Assembly (NCBI GenBank): GCA_051313645.2
Contig: JBNRSN020000005.1
Location: 160,270,001 to 160,334,000 of the forward strand
Direction: 5' to 3'
Source: Centroscyllium fabricii
Taxonomy: Eukaryota
DNA: 64,000 nucleotides
Shown: piece after piece, positions 24,486-37,247 of the stretch
Layout: the number at the start of each line of letters is the position of its first letter
How positions within the stretch are numbered: position 1 is the stretch's first letter
Notes under the pieces: generated by a model
Told to the model about the DNA's origin: nothing
Database searches by the model: none
Seen by the model: only the letters and a program-made list of their open reading frames with translations
Position numbers and translations under genes: made by a program

Positions 24486-27239
24486 ATGACATACATGGTG
24501 AGCTTTGGCCAGAATATTTGCGATTAGAGATGAAGGAGTCTCCCCATTTAACAAGGCTTTCTCAAATTAGTTTGGCTAAGCTTAATTAACGCTGCAAATT
24601 AAAAATGAGGCAAATCCTTTTAAGTGATCCTGCCTCCTCCATTTCCTGTGGTGAGTCTCTTTCACTGGGGGGCTACAAGGAAGGACCAGAGAGTGATGTA
24701 CTGCAGACCCAGGCACCAGTGTCTTGTTATTTAATCAAAGGCGGCCTGTCTGTCATGACCACCATGTTACACAATGCCCTATTCCTCAAGCACTTGGAAG
24801 CTATTTGTATACCATAACCGACAGCCGAATGCTTTTAAAAAAAAAAAAAATATCTCGGCCTTTATTTTGACATGTGCAGCTATTTGCTCTCCAGTTTTCT
24901 TCAGAATTCTGGCACAGCACAACAGTGCTCCCTAAAAAAATAATTTTGAATTAGCTTTTGTGTAATGCAATGGAATAACTAAAACAGTTGCTTCGAGGCA
25001 CAAAGACAATTAGTGCATCAAAACCTACACACTCTTACAGAATATAATTCAGCTGATCATTTACAAAAGGCGTCTATATTTTTGATTGCTAAATAATGTC
25101 ATGCCCCTACAAGCTGGTAAACATTTGGGAATGTTTTTTTAAACATTTGTTTCGATCCCTGACGGCCCAGAATGTATTTATGAATTAATTTTTGGATTTT
25201 TTTTTAATGTTATTTGCCATTTGTCTCAAAGCACATGCTAAATGTGCTTCCGTATTAGTTTATTAATGGCACACAACATCTCAAGAGCTGTGATTAAGAC
25301 AGCATTTGTGACGCTTGCTCCTCTTCTCTTCCTTTAGCTATGCCACGTGAAGGTGAGCAGAGGTCCAATTAACCGCCTCGTGGTATAAACCAACCCGACT
25401 CTAACCCTGCAAAGCAGCATGGGGTAAGTTAGAAAGGGAGCTGAGGAAAGTGCATTGGGTGAAATAAAGGGCATGAATTAGCAGGAGCAGGTGGTGGTTG
25501 TTGGGCACAAGAGGGTGAGGAGGCCCACGTCACTCCCCTCAACTGATAAGGGCCGGGATCTGGACCTCAGGGAACCTGCTTTTCTGAGCACGAAAGGTTG
25601 CTGCAGTCATTGTGGATTATGCCAGATAACCTTCCACAGATATTGGCTGGTGTGGAGGGGTCCCCGACCTGCACCTGCACCAAATATGCAGCAATTGGCA
25701 ACTTCACCAAAATCTGCAGTGGAACTCTGGGGCAGAGGCCCGAAGGCCAATTTTGGCAATTCTCATGACTGCTGAAGACCATCGCCATAGAGGCCTGCCA
25801 ACAGGCTCTCTCTCTCCTTCTCCTCTTCCTTGGGGAGGCTTGGGGATCACTTAGCGGCACCTTTAGTAGGTGTTTTAACAATTTCATTGATGGCAGCGAG
25901 TCTGCTGTTACGAAGAGCAGTGGGTAATGGGAAATGACGCTCAATAGCCAGTGTAGGTGTGAAATGGATACACATGATGTTGCTGTCTCTGAGGATGACA
26001 ACACAGCTGGGCCCTCCCACCAGCTGCCTCCGATGACTGCCCATGTGTTAAAAAGCAAGCAGGGGTCAGGCTGACCCTACAGCTACCAAAGTAGTGGTGC
26101 CTGCAGCTTGCCATCTCAAATCCTTACAAAGGTTGAGGGCCACCTTAGACTCAGAGCAGCTAACCTACTTCATACACTCCATTGTTATGGCACTGTTGAT
26201 GCGCAATCAATCACTATCAAAAGACTGGAGTTAAGAAAGTAACTAACAGGCTTTTATTTACTAAAGATCGAGAGCCTGCCTCTACTGATCGCCTGGTCCT
26301 GAATCCAGGGGACTGGGAAGCAGTCGCCTTTATACCTGGTCCTGAGGGTGGAGCCAGAGGCGGAGTCAGTAGAGACATGCACAGGCAAGCTACATACAGT
26401 AGGCAAGAGTGAACAACAGTAACAACAACAACAACAACAACAGTGGTTTACCCCATTGACCCCTCGTTTAAAATGAGTCCGGCGCGGTGAAGTGAATTAA
26501 AAGTTATTATAAATTAAGTCTTTCGGGAAGTCTGGTCTGCCACTGCGACCGTCGTGTTTCTGGCCGTGATGCAGATTCCGATGTCAAATCCCGAGTGTCG
26601 TCATCATCCGCGTCGAGTTGGTGGGTGCTCAGCGACTGGTCCCGGGGCCCCTGCGTGTCGTCTACAGGGGCTAGGGAAAAATGCCTTGACACCGGTGCAT
26701 CATGGGTAGCGGTGGGGGGTAATGGTGATGGGTGGTGGGTAATGGTGGTCTCAGGGGCTCCTGAGGGTGCGAGATCTCGAATGGAGACCGTGTCCTCCCG
26801 CCCGTCAGGATACGCAACGTAGGCATATTGGGGGTTGGCGAGGAGGAGATGGTCTATTTCGACCAGGGGGTCCGTCTTATGGCTCCTCACGTGCTTCCGG
26901 AGTAGGACGGTGATACCTTATCAATAACTTCGGAGACGAGAAGTTGTGAAGTGAACTAAAGGCTTTTATTCGCTAAGACATGAGCATGCCCTAGCTAGTC
27001 GACTGCTCCCAGAATGATTGGGGGGAGGGAGACAGTCACCTTTATACCTGGGTCCGGGGAGGAGGAGCCACAGGCGGGGTCAGCACGGGCATGCCCAGAC
27101 AAGCTATACATGGAGAACTATGTACATACAGTGAAGGTCATACACACAATGCTAACGGGTACAAATATATAATACAGTGGTTTACCACATTCACCCCTTG
27201 TTTAAAATAAAGTCCGGCGGGGTAAATGTTGGGCAACCA

Positions 27240-30200
27240 TTACAGGTTCAGTCTGTCGGGCGGCTTGGTCTGCCTTGTAGAGCGGCGTACAGTTGGCGGC
27301 GGAGTCGGCGGCGGAGGAGTCGGCAACGGTGCTTGCTCCGACGCGGGGCCCCTTGCGGTTACGGTCACTGGCGCGCTCTCCCATTCGTCGTCCGGCCGGC
27401 GGGTGCGTAGGTTTGGGGGCCATACCGTGCTGCCTGCAGATGCTGGGTGGGCGTACCGTGGTGCTGGTGCCTTGAGGGCTATGACATACCGTGGTGCTGG
27501 TGCCCCAAGGGTGGCGGTGGGCGGGAGGGGTGCGGGCTGGTGGGTCGTAGTGGTCTCGGGGGCACCCGAGGATGCCAGGTCCTTGATGGACACCGTATCC
27601 TCCCGCCCATCAGGGTACGCCACGTAGGCGTACTGTGGGTTGGCGTGCAGGAGATGGACCCGTTCGACCAGGGGGTCCGACTTATGGCCCCTCACATGCT
27701 TCCGGAGCAGGACAGGTCCTGGGGACGATAGCCAGGACGGCAGCGAGGTCCCTGAAGCCGACTTCCTAGGGAAGGCAAAAAGTCGCTCGTGAGGGGTGGC
27801 GTTAGTGGCCGTACAGAGAAGTGACCGAAGGGAGTGGAGCGCTTCGGGGAGGATGTCCTGCCAGCGGGAGACTGGGAGGCCTTTAGACCGCAGGGCTAAT
27901 AGGATGGCCTTCCAGATGGTGGCGTTCTCCCTCTCCACCTGTCCATTCCCCCAGGGGTTATAGCTGGTAGTCCTGCTCGTGGCGATGCCCTTGGCGAGCA
28001 GAAACTGACGCAGCTCGTCACTCATGAAAGAGGCACCCCGGTCGCTATGGATGTAGCTGGGGTACCCGAACAGGGAGAAGATGCTGTGCAGTGCCCTAAT
28101 GACCGTGGAGGAGGTCATGTCCGGGCAGGGGATGGCGAAGGGGAAACGTGAGTACTCATCAATGACGTTGAGAAAGTACACGTTGCGGTTGGAGGAGGGG
28201 AAGGGCCCTTTAAAGTCGACGCTGAGTCGCTCAAAGGGGCGGGTGGCCTTGATCAGGTGTGCCCGGTCCGGCCGGAAGAAGTGCGGCTTGCACTCTGCAC
28301 AGACCCGGCAGTTCTTGGTCATGGTCCTGACCTCCTCGATGGAGTAAGGGAGGTTGCGGGACTTATTAAAATGGAAGAACCTGGTGACCCCCGGGTGACA
28401 GAGGTCGTTGTGCAGGGTCTGGAGACGGTCCACTTGTGCGCTGGCACATGTACCGCGGGACAGGGCATCTGGGGGCTCATTGAATTTCCCGGGCCGGTAC
28501 AAGATATCATAATTGAAAGCGGAGAGTTCGATTCTCCACCTCAATATCTTGTCGTTCTCGATTTTGCCCCGCTCTTTGTTGTTGAACATAAAAGCGACTG
28601 AGCGTTGGTCATTCAGCAGGGTAAATCGTTTGCCGGCCAGGTAGTGCTTCCAACGTCGCACTGCTTCAACAATGGCCTGGGCCTCCTTCTCAACGGAAGA
28701 GTGTCGGGTCTCGGGGCCCTGGAGGGTGCGCGAGAAGAAGGCCACGGGTCTGCCCGCCTGGTTAAGGGTGGCAGCCAGGGAAAGTCGGACGCATCACTCT
28801 CTACCTGGAATGAGATGGATTCGTCCACTGCATGCATCGCGGCCTTTGTGATGTCCTGTTTTATGCCGCTGAAGGCCGTGCGGGCCTCTGCCGACAGGTG
28901 AAAAGAAGTTGATTTAATAAGTTGGCGGGCCTTGTCCGCGTAGTTGGGGACCCACTGGGCATAATATGAAAAGAACCCCAGGCACCTTTTCAGGACCTTG
29001 AGGGAGTGGGGGAAGGGGAGCTCCAGGAGGGGGCGCATGCGGTCCGGGTCGGGACCGATGACCCCATTCTTCACAACACTGCCGAGGATGGCGAGGCGGG
29101 TTGTCCTGAACACACATTTCTCATTGTTATAGGTCAGGTTCAGGGTTTTGGCGGTGTGGAGAAATTTTGGAGGTTGGTGTCGTGGTCCTGCTGGTCGTGG
29201 CCGCAGATGGTAACATTATCGAGGTATAGAAAGGTGGCCCGCAGCCCGTACTGATCAACCATTCGGTCCATCTCCCTTTGGAAGACCGAGACCCCGTTGG
29301 TGACACCAAAAGGAGCCCTGAGGAAGTGATAGAGGTGGCCGTCTGCCTTGAAGGCAGTATAGTGGCGGTCCTCTGGGCGGATGGGGAGCTGGTGATACGC
29401 AGATTTCAAATCGATGGTCGAGAAGACCCGATACTGCGCGATCTGGTTCACCCTGTCCATTATGCGGGGGAGGGGATACGCGTCCAGTTGCGTAAACCGA
29501 TTAATGGTCTGACTATAGTCAATGACCATTCGGTGCTTGGCTCCGGTCTTTACCACTACTACCTGGGCCCTCCAGGGGCTATTACTGGCCTCGATGACCC
29601 CTTCCCTCAGAAGCCGTTTCATCTCGTACTTAATAAAGTCTCTGTCCCCGGTACTGTAGCGCCTACTTTTGGTGGCGACGGGCTTGCAGTCCGGGGTGAG
29701 GTTGGCGAAGAGTGAGGGAGGGGCGATCTTGAGGGTCGAGAGGCCACAGGTAGCACGCTGTGGGCACTGTGCGGAGCGCTGGTTGCTGACCGTGAGCGGG
29801 GAAGTGGCCCACCGTACGCCATTGTCACACTCTGGAGGTGACACTGGAAATCGAGGCCCAGCAGTAGGGGAGCGCAGAGCTGCGGCAGCACGAATAGTTT
29901 TAAATTTTGGAAGTGCACGCCCCGCACTGTCAGAGTCACTATGCAGCGACTGCAGACATCCGCGGATTCGGATTTCGAAGCCATAGAAATGTTTTGGCTA
30001 GCCGGTGTAACTTTTAGGGAGAAGCGCTTTACCGTATCGGGGTGTACAAAACTCGCCGTACTCCCGCTGTCGAAAAGGCAGTCCGTATTTCGCCCGTTCA
30101 CCTGCACCGTCATCATCGACTTGCTGAGTGGTTGACTCCTGTCCTGGTCGAGGGTGATTGAGGCCAGGATTGGGTCCGTCGGGTCGGTGGAGGGGTCTGG

Positions 30201-30290
30201 GTCCTGGTCCCAAGATGGCTGCCGCCACGCGGCGGGCTGTGTGGAAGATGGCTGCGTCCAAGATGGCGCTGCCGGCTGTGTCCAAGATGG
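27240..30290 (-). pseudogene. Element C pol, frameshifted; RNase H-integrase ORF 27240-28745 open
   Basis: LFDSGS; YLDN; SVDFKGP; HSDRG; QVER; C-terminal RRSTRQTKPPDRL. Confidence 0.93.
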
Positions 30291-30618
30291 CTGCCTGTGG
30301 TAACCGTTATATGTACTCTTTTACCACCTTAATATTGTTGCCAATATTATTCTGTATGTATAGCGGCCGGGTGCATGATACACTGCTTTGTATTGCGACA
30401 CTGTCGCGGGGTCAGGTCAGCCACACCTCTAACTCCTCCCCTCAGGTGAGTGCCTTATAGGTGGGGTCTGACCTGCCCCCATCCATTCTGTACCTGATGT
30501 TCGATCGGAGCATAGCTCCCTTGTAAGCTAATAAAAGTCTTTAGTTGAGGTAACTACGCGTCTTTGGCTTTATTAGACTATTGACGATAAGTCAATTTTA
30601 TTAGCTTAAAAATTTTAA

Positions 30619-31470
30619 ATGGAGAGCGGCGCTGTGAAACCCGAAAAGCTGGACATTAGTCCACAGGACCCAGCCGCCACCAACTCCTTTGAACACTGGT
30701 TCAGTCTCGTCGAGGCCTACATGGAGGCCGCCAAGGCGACAACCGACGGGAACAAGCTGCATGTTCTCACTTCCAGGATCTCCAGCCGGGTATACTCCTT
30801 CATCCGCGACGCTAAGACGTACCCTGAAGCCGTGGAGAAACTGAGGAAATGCTACGAGTGCCCGGTCCACTCAGTCTACGCCAGACATGTGCTCGCGACC
30901 AGACCACAACTAGTGGGTGAGTCCAATGAACAATTCCTGTTGGCGCTCCAAGCCCTTCTCCGGGCCTGTGACTGCGAACCACGGACGGCACAAGAGGAGG
31001 CGAATCTCCTCGTCCGGGACGCCTATGTAATGGGGCTCAGGTCCGCAGAGGCCCGCCAGCGGCTGGTGGAGAAAGACACACTAACACTGGACGAGGCGAT
31101 CTCCCTCTCCAACGCTGTGGATGGCGCGCGCCGCAGACTACAGGCGTACGGCGGCCAAAACCCACACGCTACCTTCGACTCCTGGGTGGCCCCACAACGG
31201 GTCGAGACCCCCACAACGGCAGCTGCAGCTGCGAAGTCGCCGGCGAAGAAGAAATGCTATTTCTGCAGCCAGGGGCTACACCCAAGAGCGAAATGCCCCG
31301 CGAGGACCGCGACCTGCGAGAAGTGCTCGAAAAAGGGACACTACGCCAAGGCCTGCAAATCGGCCCCGGCGTCCAGCTCCAGGTACAACAGCGCGGCCTG
31401 CGAAAGCTCCAACACCGGCCCTTGGCCTAAGGTAAGCTGCAGCTGCAGCGCGACCCAGCGACGGGGGTAG
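30619..31470 (+). CDS. Element D gag (283 aa to a premature stop)
   Basis: Homologous to A gag; two CCHC knuckles. Confidence 0.85.
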   Translation: MESGAVKPEKLDISPQDPAATNSFEHWFSLVEAYMEAAKATTDGNKLHVLTSRISSRVYSFIRDAKTYPEAVEKLRKCYECPVHSVYARHVLATRPQLVGESNEQFLLALQALLRACDCEPRTAQEEANLLVRDAYVMGLRSAEARQRLVEKDTLTLDEAISLSNAVDGARRRLQAYGGQNPHATFDSWVAPQRVETPTTAAAAAKSPAKKKCYFCSQGLHPRAKCPARTATCEKCSKKGHYAKACKSAPASSSRYNSAACESSNTGPWPKVSCSCSATQRRG

Positions 31471-32793
31471 GGTACAAGCGCCCCCGTCTCCCACCCTGAT
31501 GCGGCAGAGGCTGGCCACGCCCACGGCAAGCCAAAATCGGCCACGGCCAGCCATGTGCGACCCCCCAACGCCGGCATCTCGCCCAGCGCGGCTCGCTGCG
31601 TGCGAATCACGGGCACCGCCAACCCAGCCACCGCGGCCCGCTGCGTGCGAACCATGGGCACCGCCACCGCGTCCAAAGCGGCCCGCTGCGTGCGAATCAC
31701 GGGCGCCGCCATCTTGTCCGCAACGGCCGGCCATGTGCGACCCCCGGCACCGCCATCTTGTCTTCAGCGGCCTGCCATGTGCGACTCCCCGGCGCCACCA
31801 TCTTGTGCACGGCCCCGGCCAGCGGAGGGCTCCCACACAAACACATACACTTCGGCCTCAGCCATGGTCGACCAGGCAAGGCCGCACACCCTACCGCCAC
31901 CGCGTCCACAGTGGCCCGCCGAGTGCAAATCACGGGCGCCGCCATCTTGTGCACGGCCCCGGCCAGCGGAGGGCTCCCACACAAACACATACACTTCGGC
32001 CTGAGCCACGGTCGACCAGGCTAGGCCGCACACCCTATCAAATTCCATGATGGGGATTAAAGTCAACGGCCATGCCACTAACTGCCTGTTCGACCCCGGA
32101 AGCACAGAGAGCTTCATCCACCCCGATACAGTGCAGCGCTACGGACTGCAGATCCTGCCCACGCGCTACCAAGTCTCCCTTGCTTCACAGTCCCAGTTCG
32201 CGGATAAGGCCAGACCGCTCCTCAAAGCTGCCGTCTTCCCCCTCTCGGTAGAAGCCCAAACGGCATTCGCCCGAATCAAGGAAGACATTATCAAGGCGAC
32301 CATGCACGCCGTTGATGAATCCATCCCTTTCCAGGTGGAGAGTGACGCTTCGGACTTTGCCCTTGCCGCCACACTGAATCAGGCAGGCAGGCCCGTAGCG
32401 TTTTTCTCCCGCACCCTACAGGGACCCGAAATTTGCCACTCTGCAGTGGAAAAGGAGGCCCAGGCCATCGTGGAGGCCGTGCACTACTGGCGTCATTACA
32501 TGGCCGGTAAGCGTTTTACCCTGCTCACCGACCAACGGTCAGTCACGTTTATGTTTAATAATAAACAAAAGGGTAAAATCAAGAATGATAAGATCCTGCG
32601 GTGGCGGACCGAGCTCTCGACCTACGAGTACGACATTCTTTACCGACCAGGCCTCTGCCACCCGGGTATCACCAGACTCGCCCACTTCGTTAAATCCCGT
32701 AGCCTCCCCTACTCCATCACGGAGATCAAAGCTATGACCTGAGAGTGCCCTGTTTGCGCCGAGTGCAAACCCCAATTTTTCAGGCCAGACACG

Positions 32794-33915
32794 GTGCACC
32801 TCATTAAAGCCACCCGCCCCTTTGAACATCTAAGCGTGGACTTCAAAGGCCCCCTCCCCTCCACCGACCGCAACTCGTACTTCCTCACGGTCGTAGACGA
32901 GTTCTCCCGCTTCCCCTTCGCCTTCCCCTGCCCAGATATGATGAGCGCAACGGTGATCAAACACTTCACCACGCTGTTCGCCATTTTCGGTCTCCCCAGC
33001 TACATCCATAGCGACCGGGGGTCGTCGTTCATGAGCGATGAACTGCGTCAGTTTCTGCTTCAGAAAGGGGTTGCCTCAAGCAGAACGACCAGTTATAACC
33101 CCCGGGGGAACGGCCAGGTAGAAAGGGAGAACGGGATCATCTGGAAGGCGGTCAGCCTGGCCCAGAAGTCCAGAGGCCTTCCAGTGTCCCGTTGGCAGGC
33201 AGTCCTCCCTGATGCGCTGCACTCGATCCGCTCTCTGTTGTGTACGGCTACCAACGCCACACCTCACGATTTGCTCTTTTCCTTCCCCAGGAAGTCGACT
33301 TCGGGGACAGCCCTTCCACCATGGCTCACGATGCCGGGGCCGGTCTTGCTTAGGAAGCATGTTCGCGGCCATAAGACCGACCCCCTGGTAGACAAGGTGC
33401 AGCTGCTGCATGCCAACCCGCAGTACACGTACGTGCAGTTCCCGGACGGGCGCGAGGACACCGTCTCCATCAGGGACCTAGCGCCCGCCGGGAGTACCAC
33501 AGCAGAGCCCCTGGTCGGGCCCCAGCCCGTCCAGCCACTACATTTCGACCACCTCCAGCCACTACATTTCGACCACTGGCCGATACACCACCCACAACCC
33601 ACCGGAGGCTGGCCGTTACAATCATACACATCGGAGCCCCCGTCATTGCCAGCTAAGGACCAGGAACCGGACGACGATCCGCAGGCACAGCAGCAACCGC
33701 AGGGCTCGGCCCCACCACCACTACCAGCACCTACATTACCGGCACCACTGCCGCCACCACTACCGGCACCAGCGCCGCCGACACTACCGACACCAGCGCC
33801 GCCGACACTGCAGGCACCAGAACCGCTGACAGAGACCCGGCGGTCCTCCAGACAGACGCGACCGCCGGAGAAACTCATCATGAACTGCTCTGTCCATTCA
33901 CCCCGCCGGACTTAA
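32794..33915 (+). CDS. Element D integrase core and Pro-rich tail
   Basis: SVDFKGP...HSDRG...QVERENG; RRSSRQTRPPEKL. Confidence 0.88.
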   Translation: MHLIKATRPFEHLSVDFKGPLPSTDRNSYFLTVVDEFSRFPFAFPCPDMMSATVIKHFTTLFAIFGLPSYIHSDRGSSFMSDELRQFLLQKGVASSRTTSYNPRGNGQVERENGIIWKAVSLAQKSRGLPVSRWQAVLPDALHSIRSLLCTATNATPHDLLFSFPRKSTSGTALPPWLTMPGPVLLRKHVRGHKTDPLVDKVQLLHANPQYTYVQFPDGREDTVSIRDLAPAGSTTAEPLVGPQPVQPLHFDHLQPLHFDHWPIHHPQPTGGWPLQSYTSEPPSLPAKDQEPDDDPQAQQQPQGSAPPPLPAPTLPAPLPPPLPAPAPPTLPTPAPPTLQAPEPLTETRRSSRQTRPPEKLIMNCSVHSPRRT

Positions 33916-34233
33916 TTTTCAAAGAAGGGGTGAATGTGGTAACCGTTATATGTACTCTTTTACCACCTTAATATTGTTGCCAATATTATTCTGTATGTAT
34001 AGCGGCCGGGTGCATGATACACTGCTTTGTATTGCGACACTGTCGCGGGGTCAGGTCAGCCACACCTCTAACTCCTCCCCTCAGGTGAGTGCCTTATAGG
34101 TGGGGTCTGACCTGCCCCCATCCATTCTGTACCTGATGTTCGATCGGAGCGTAGCTCCCTTGTAAACTAATAAAAGCCTTTAGTTGAGGTAACTACGCGT
34201 CTTTGGTTTTATTAGACTATTGACGATACGTCA

Positions 34234-35037
34234 CTGCCCCCACGGGCCACATGCGGCGCTGCCAGGTTTGGGGGTCAGTTGCACTGCCGCTCTGCATACC
34301 TTGGCATAGTGGCCCTTCTTCCCGCACTTGGAACAGGCCGCGTCTCTTGCCGGGCAATTTCGCCTGGGGTGCTGGGCCTGGCCGCAGAAATAACATTTCG
34401 GGCCTTTGGAGGTTGTAGCCGCGGTCAGCTCATCCATGGGTCGCAATGCGGCCGGCTGCGTCCAAGATGGCGGCGTCCGCGATGTGCCTGCGTGGTCAGA
34501 GGTGTAGGCGGCCATATTGTGGGACGCCAGGTCCAGCGAAGTCGCAAGCTCTGCCATTGCCTGCTGGTCCAGGCCATCCTTCTCCAACAGTCTCTGCCTG
34601 ATATAATCTGACCTGAGGCCGGTGACGTAGGCATCCCTGATGAGGCTTTTGGCGTGCACAAGGGCCGTCTGTGATTTACAATTGCAGGCCCGGCAGAGGA
34701 CTCTCAGCGCTCGCAGGAACTCCACGCTCGATTTCCTGGGTTGCTGCTTTCGGGTGGCCAGGAGGTGTCTGGCGTAGACGATGTTCGGTGCCCGGGTGTA
34801 TTTGGCCTTCAAGATTCTGACCACCTCGGTGCAGGACGTAGCGTCCATGATGATTGAGTGCACCTGAGGGCCCACCCGGGTGTTGAGGAGACGCAGTTTG
34901 TCTCTGTCCGTCTGGACGATCGTAGCGGTGGCTTCAAGGTACGCCTCGAAGCAGTTGAACCAGTGCGTGAAAGTGTTGGAGGCACCTGGCGCTTGGGGAT
35001 CCAGCTCTAACGTCGCAGGTTTCAGCATTTGCTCCAT
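34234..35037 (-). CDS. Element C gag, cut off from pol by element D
   Basis: MEQMLKPATLELDP...CYFCGQAQHPRRNC...CSKCGKKGHYAKVC. Confidence 0.88.
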
Positions 35038-35338
35038 GATGCAACTTAGCGAATAAAATTGATATCTTATCAATAACTTCGGAGACGAGAAGTTGTGAAG
35101 TGAACTAAAGGCTTTTATTCGCTAAGACATGAGCATGCCCTAGCTAGTCGACTGCTCCCAGAATGATTGGGGGGAGGGAGACAGTCACCTTTATACCTGG
35201 GTCCGGGGAGGAGGAGCCACAGGCAGGGTCAGCACGGGCATGCCCAGCCAAGCTATACATGGAGAACTATGTACATACAGTGAAGGTCATACACACAATG
35301 CTAACGGGCACAAATATATAATACAGTGGTTTACCACA

Positions 35339-36960
35339 GACGGGCCCTGGGGACGTCAGCCACAATGGTAGCGAGGTCCCTGAGGTGGACTTCCTAGGGA
35401 AGACAAACATTTTTTCGTGAGGAGTAGCGTTAGTGGCAGTACAGAGTAGTGATCGGATGGAGTCGTGCGCATCAGGGAGGACTTCTTGCCAGCGGGATAT
35501 TGGAAGGCCTCTAGACTTGAGGGCTAGCAGGGCGGCCCTCCAGACTGTTGCGTTCTCCCTCTCTACCTGTCCGTTCCCCCGGGGGTTGTAGCTGGTGGTC
35601 CTGCTCATGGCGATTCCTCTTACGAGCAGGTACTGACGCAGTTCGTCACTCCTAAACGAGGAACCCCGGTCGCTATGGATATAGTTGGGGAACCCGAACA
35701 GGGCGAAGAGATTGTGCAGACACTTGATGACCGTGGCAGAGGTCATGTCGGGCAGGGGATGGCAAAAGGGAAACGTGAGTACTCATCAATAACATTGAGG
35801 AAGTACTCGTTGCGGTCAGAGGAGGGGAGGGGCCCTTTAAAATCGATGGTCAGGCGCTCAAAAGGGCGGGTGACCTTTATCAGGTGTGCCCTGTCTGGCC
35901 TATAAAAATGCGGTTTGCACTCGGCACAGACTTGGCAGTTCCTGGTCATGGTCCTGACCTCCTTGATGGAGTAAGGTAGGTTGCGGGCCTTGACAAAATG
36001 GAAGAACCTGGTGAAACCTGAGTGGCAGAGGGCATTGTGGAGGGTCTGCAGTCGATCCACCTGTGCGTTGGCACATGTTCCGCGGGATAGAGCATCTGGG
36101 GGCTCATTGAGCTTCCTGGGCTGGTACAAGATATCATAATTGGAGGTTAAAAGTTCAATTTTCCACCTCAATATCTTATCATTTTTGATTTTGCCCCGCT
36201 GCTTGTTATTAAACATAAACGCCACTGAATGCTGGTCAGTAAGCAGAGTGAATCGTTTACCGGCCAGGTAATGCCTCCAGTGCCGCACAGTCTCCACAAT
36301 GGCCTGGGCCTCCTTTTCGACAGAGGAGTGTCTAATTTCGGGGCCCTGGAGGGTTCATGAGAAGAAGGCCATGGGTCTGCCCGCTTGGTTAAGGGTAGCA
36401 GCCAGGGTAAAGTCGGACGCATCGCTCTCCACCTGGATCGGGGTGGATTCGTCCACAACGTGCATTGTGGCCTTAGCGATGTCTTCCTTGATGCAGCTGA
36501 AGGCTAGATGGGCTTCTGCCGCCAGAGGAAGAGAGGTGGACTTGATGAGTGGACGGGCTTTGTCTGCATAATTAGGGACCCACTGGGCATAATACGAAAA
36601 GAAGCCCAGGCATCTCTTCAGGGCCTTGAGGCAGTGGGGGAGGGGGAGTTCCAGGAGGGGGCGCATGCGGTCGGGGTCGGGACCGATCACCCCATTCTCC
36701 ATGATGCAGCCAAAGATAGCGAGGCAGGTTGTGCGGAACACGCATTTCTCCTTTTAAGTAGTCGCGTCCTCAATGAGCGCGTACGCCTGGTGATTCACCC
36801 GGGTTTGCAGGACCAGTAGCTTGTCTGTGTCAGACACAATGGTAGTTTTGGAGGCTTCCAGGAATGCCTCGAAGCACTTGAGCCAGTGCGCAAATTTTCT
36901 AGCCGCATCTGCCGCTTGAGGATCTAATTCGAGGCGCTCTGGTTTTAGGATCTTATCCAT
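35339..36960 (-). pseudogene. Element E remnant gag/RT/RNase H/integrase
   Basis: ORFs 36754-36960, 36355-36741, 35743-36297 and 35339-35746 are homologous to C. Confidence 0.9.
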
Positions 36961-37247
36961 TTCATCCAAAGAAACTTTTAATAAATAAAATTGATGCGCA
37001 ATCAATCACTATCAAAAGACTGGAGTTAAGAAAGTAACAAACAGGCTTTTATTTACTAAAGATCGAGAGCTTGCCTCAACTGATCGCCTGGTCCTGAATC
37101 CAAGGCAAGAGTGAACAACAATAACAACAACAACAACAACAGTAACAACAACAACAGCAGTTTACCACAACTCTATCACATTTTCAGTACATCTAATAGT
37201 GCGTTACAACTACTGGATTACTTTTGAAGTGCAGTCACCTTGCGCAC

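Larger units (their letters stand above)
30296..34233 (+). mobile_element. Gypsy element D inserted in C; LTRs 30296-30594 and 33935-34233; RT deleted
   Basis: 299-bp LTRs (5 differences); TSD CTGCC; protease joined to the RT thumb at about 32194 via TCCCA microhomology. Confidence 0.97.
26911..35338 (-). mobile_element. Gypsy element C inserted in E; LTRs 26911-27189 and 35060-35338
   Basis: 279-bp LTRs (4 differences); TSD GACGG; PPT AAGGGGTGAA; gag 34234-35037; pol 27240-30290. Confidence 0.96.
26197..37169 (-). mobile_element. Gypsy element E (outer host), internally deleted; LTRs 26197-26455 and 36992-37169
   Basis: Matching LTRs with (AAC)n; 5' LTR lacks about 100 bp; TSD ACTGT/ACTCT; gag start 36960 fused to late RT at about 36754; integrase split by element C. 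Confidence 0.9.

Noticed and set aside
25491-26190. ORFs 25491-25775 and 25567-26058
   Set aside because: No motif support; probably decayed repeat sequence
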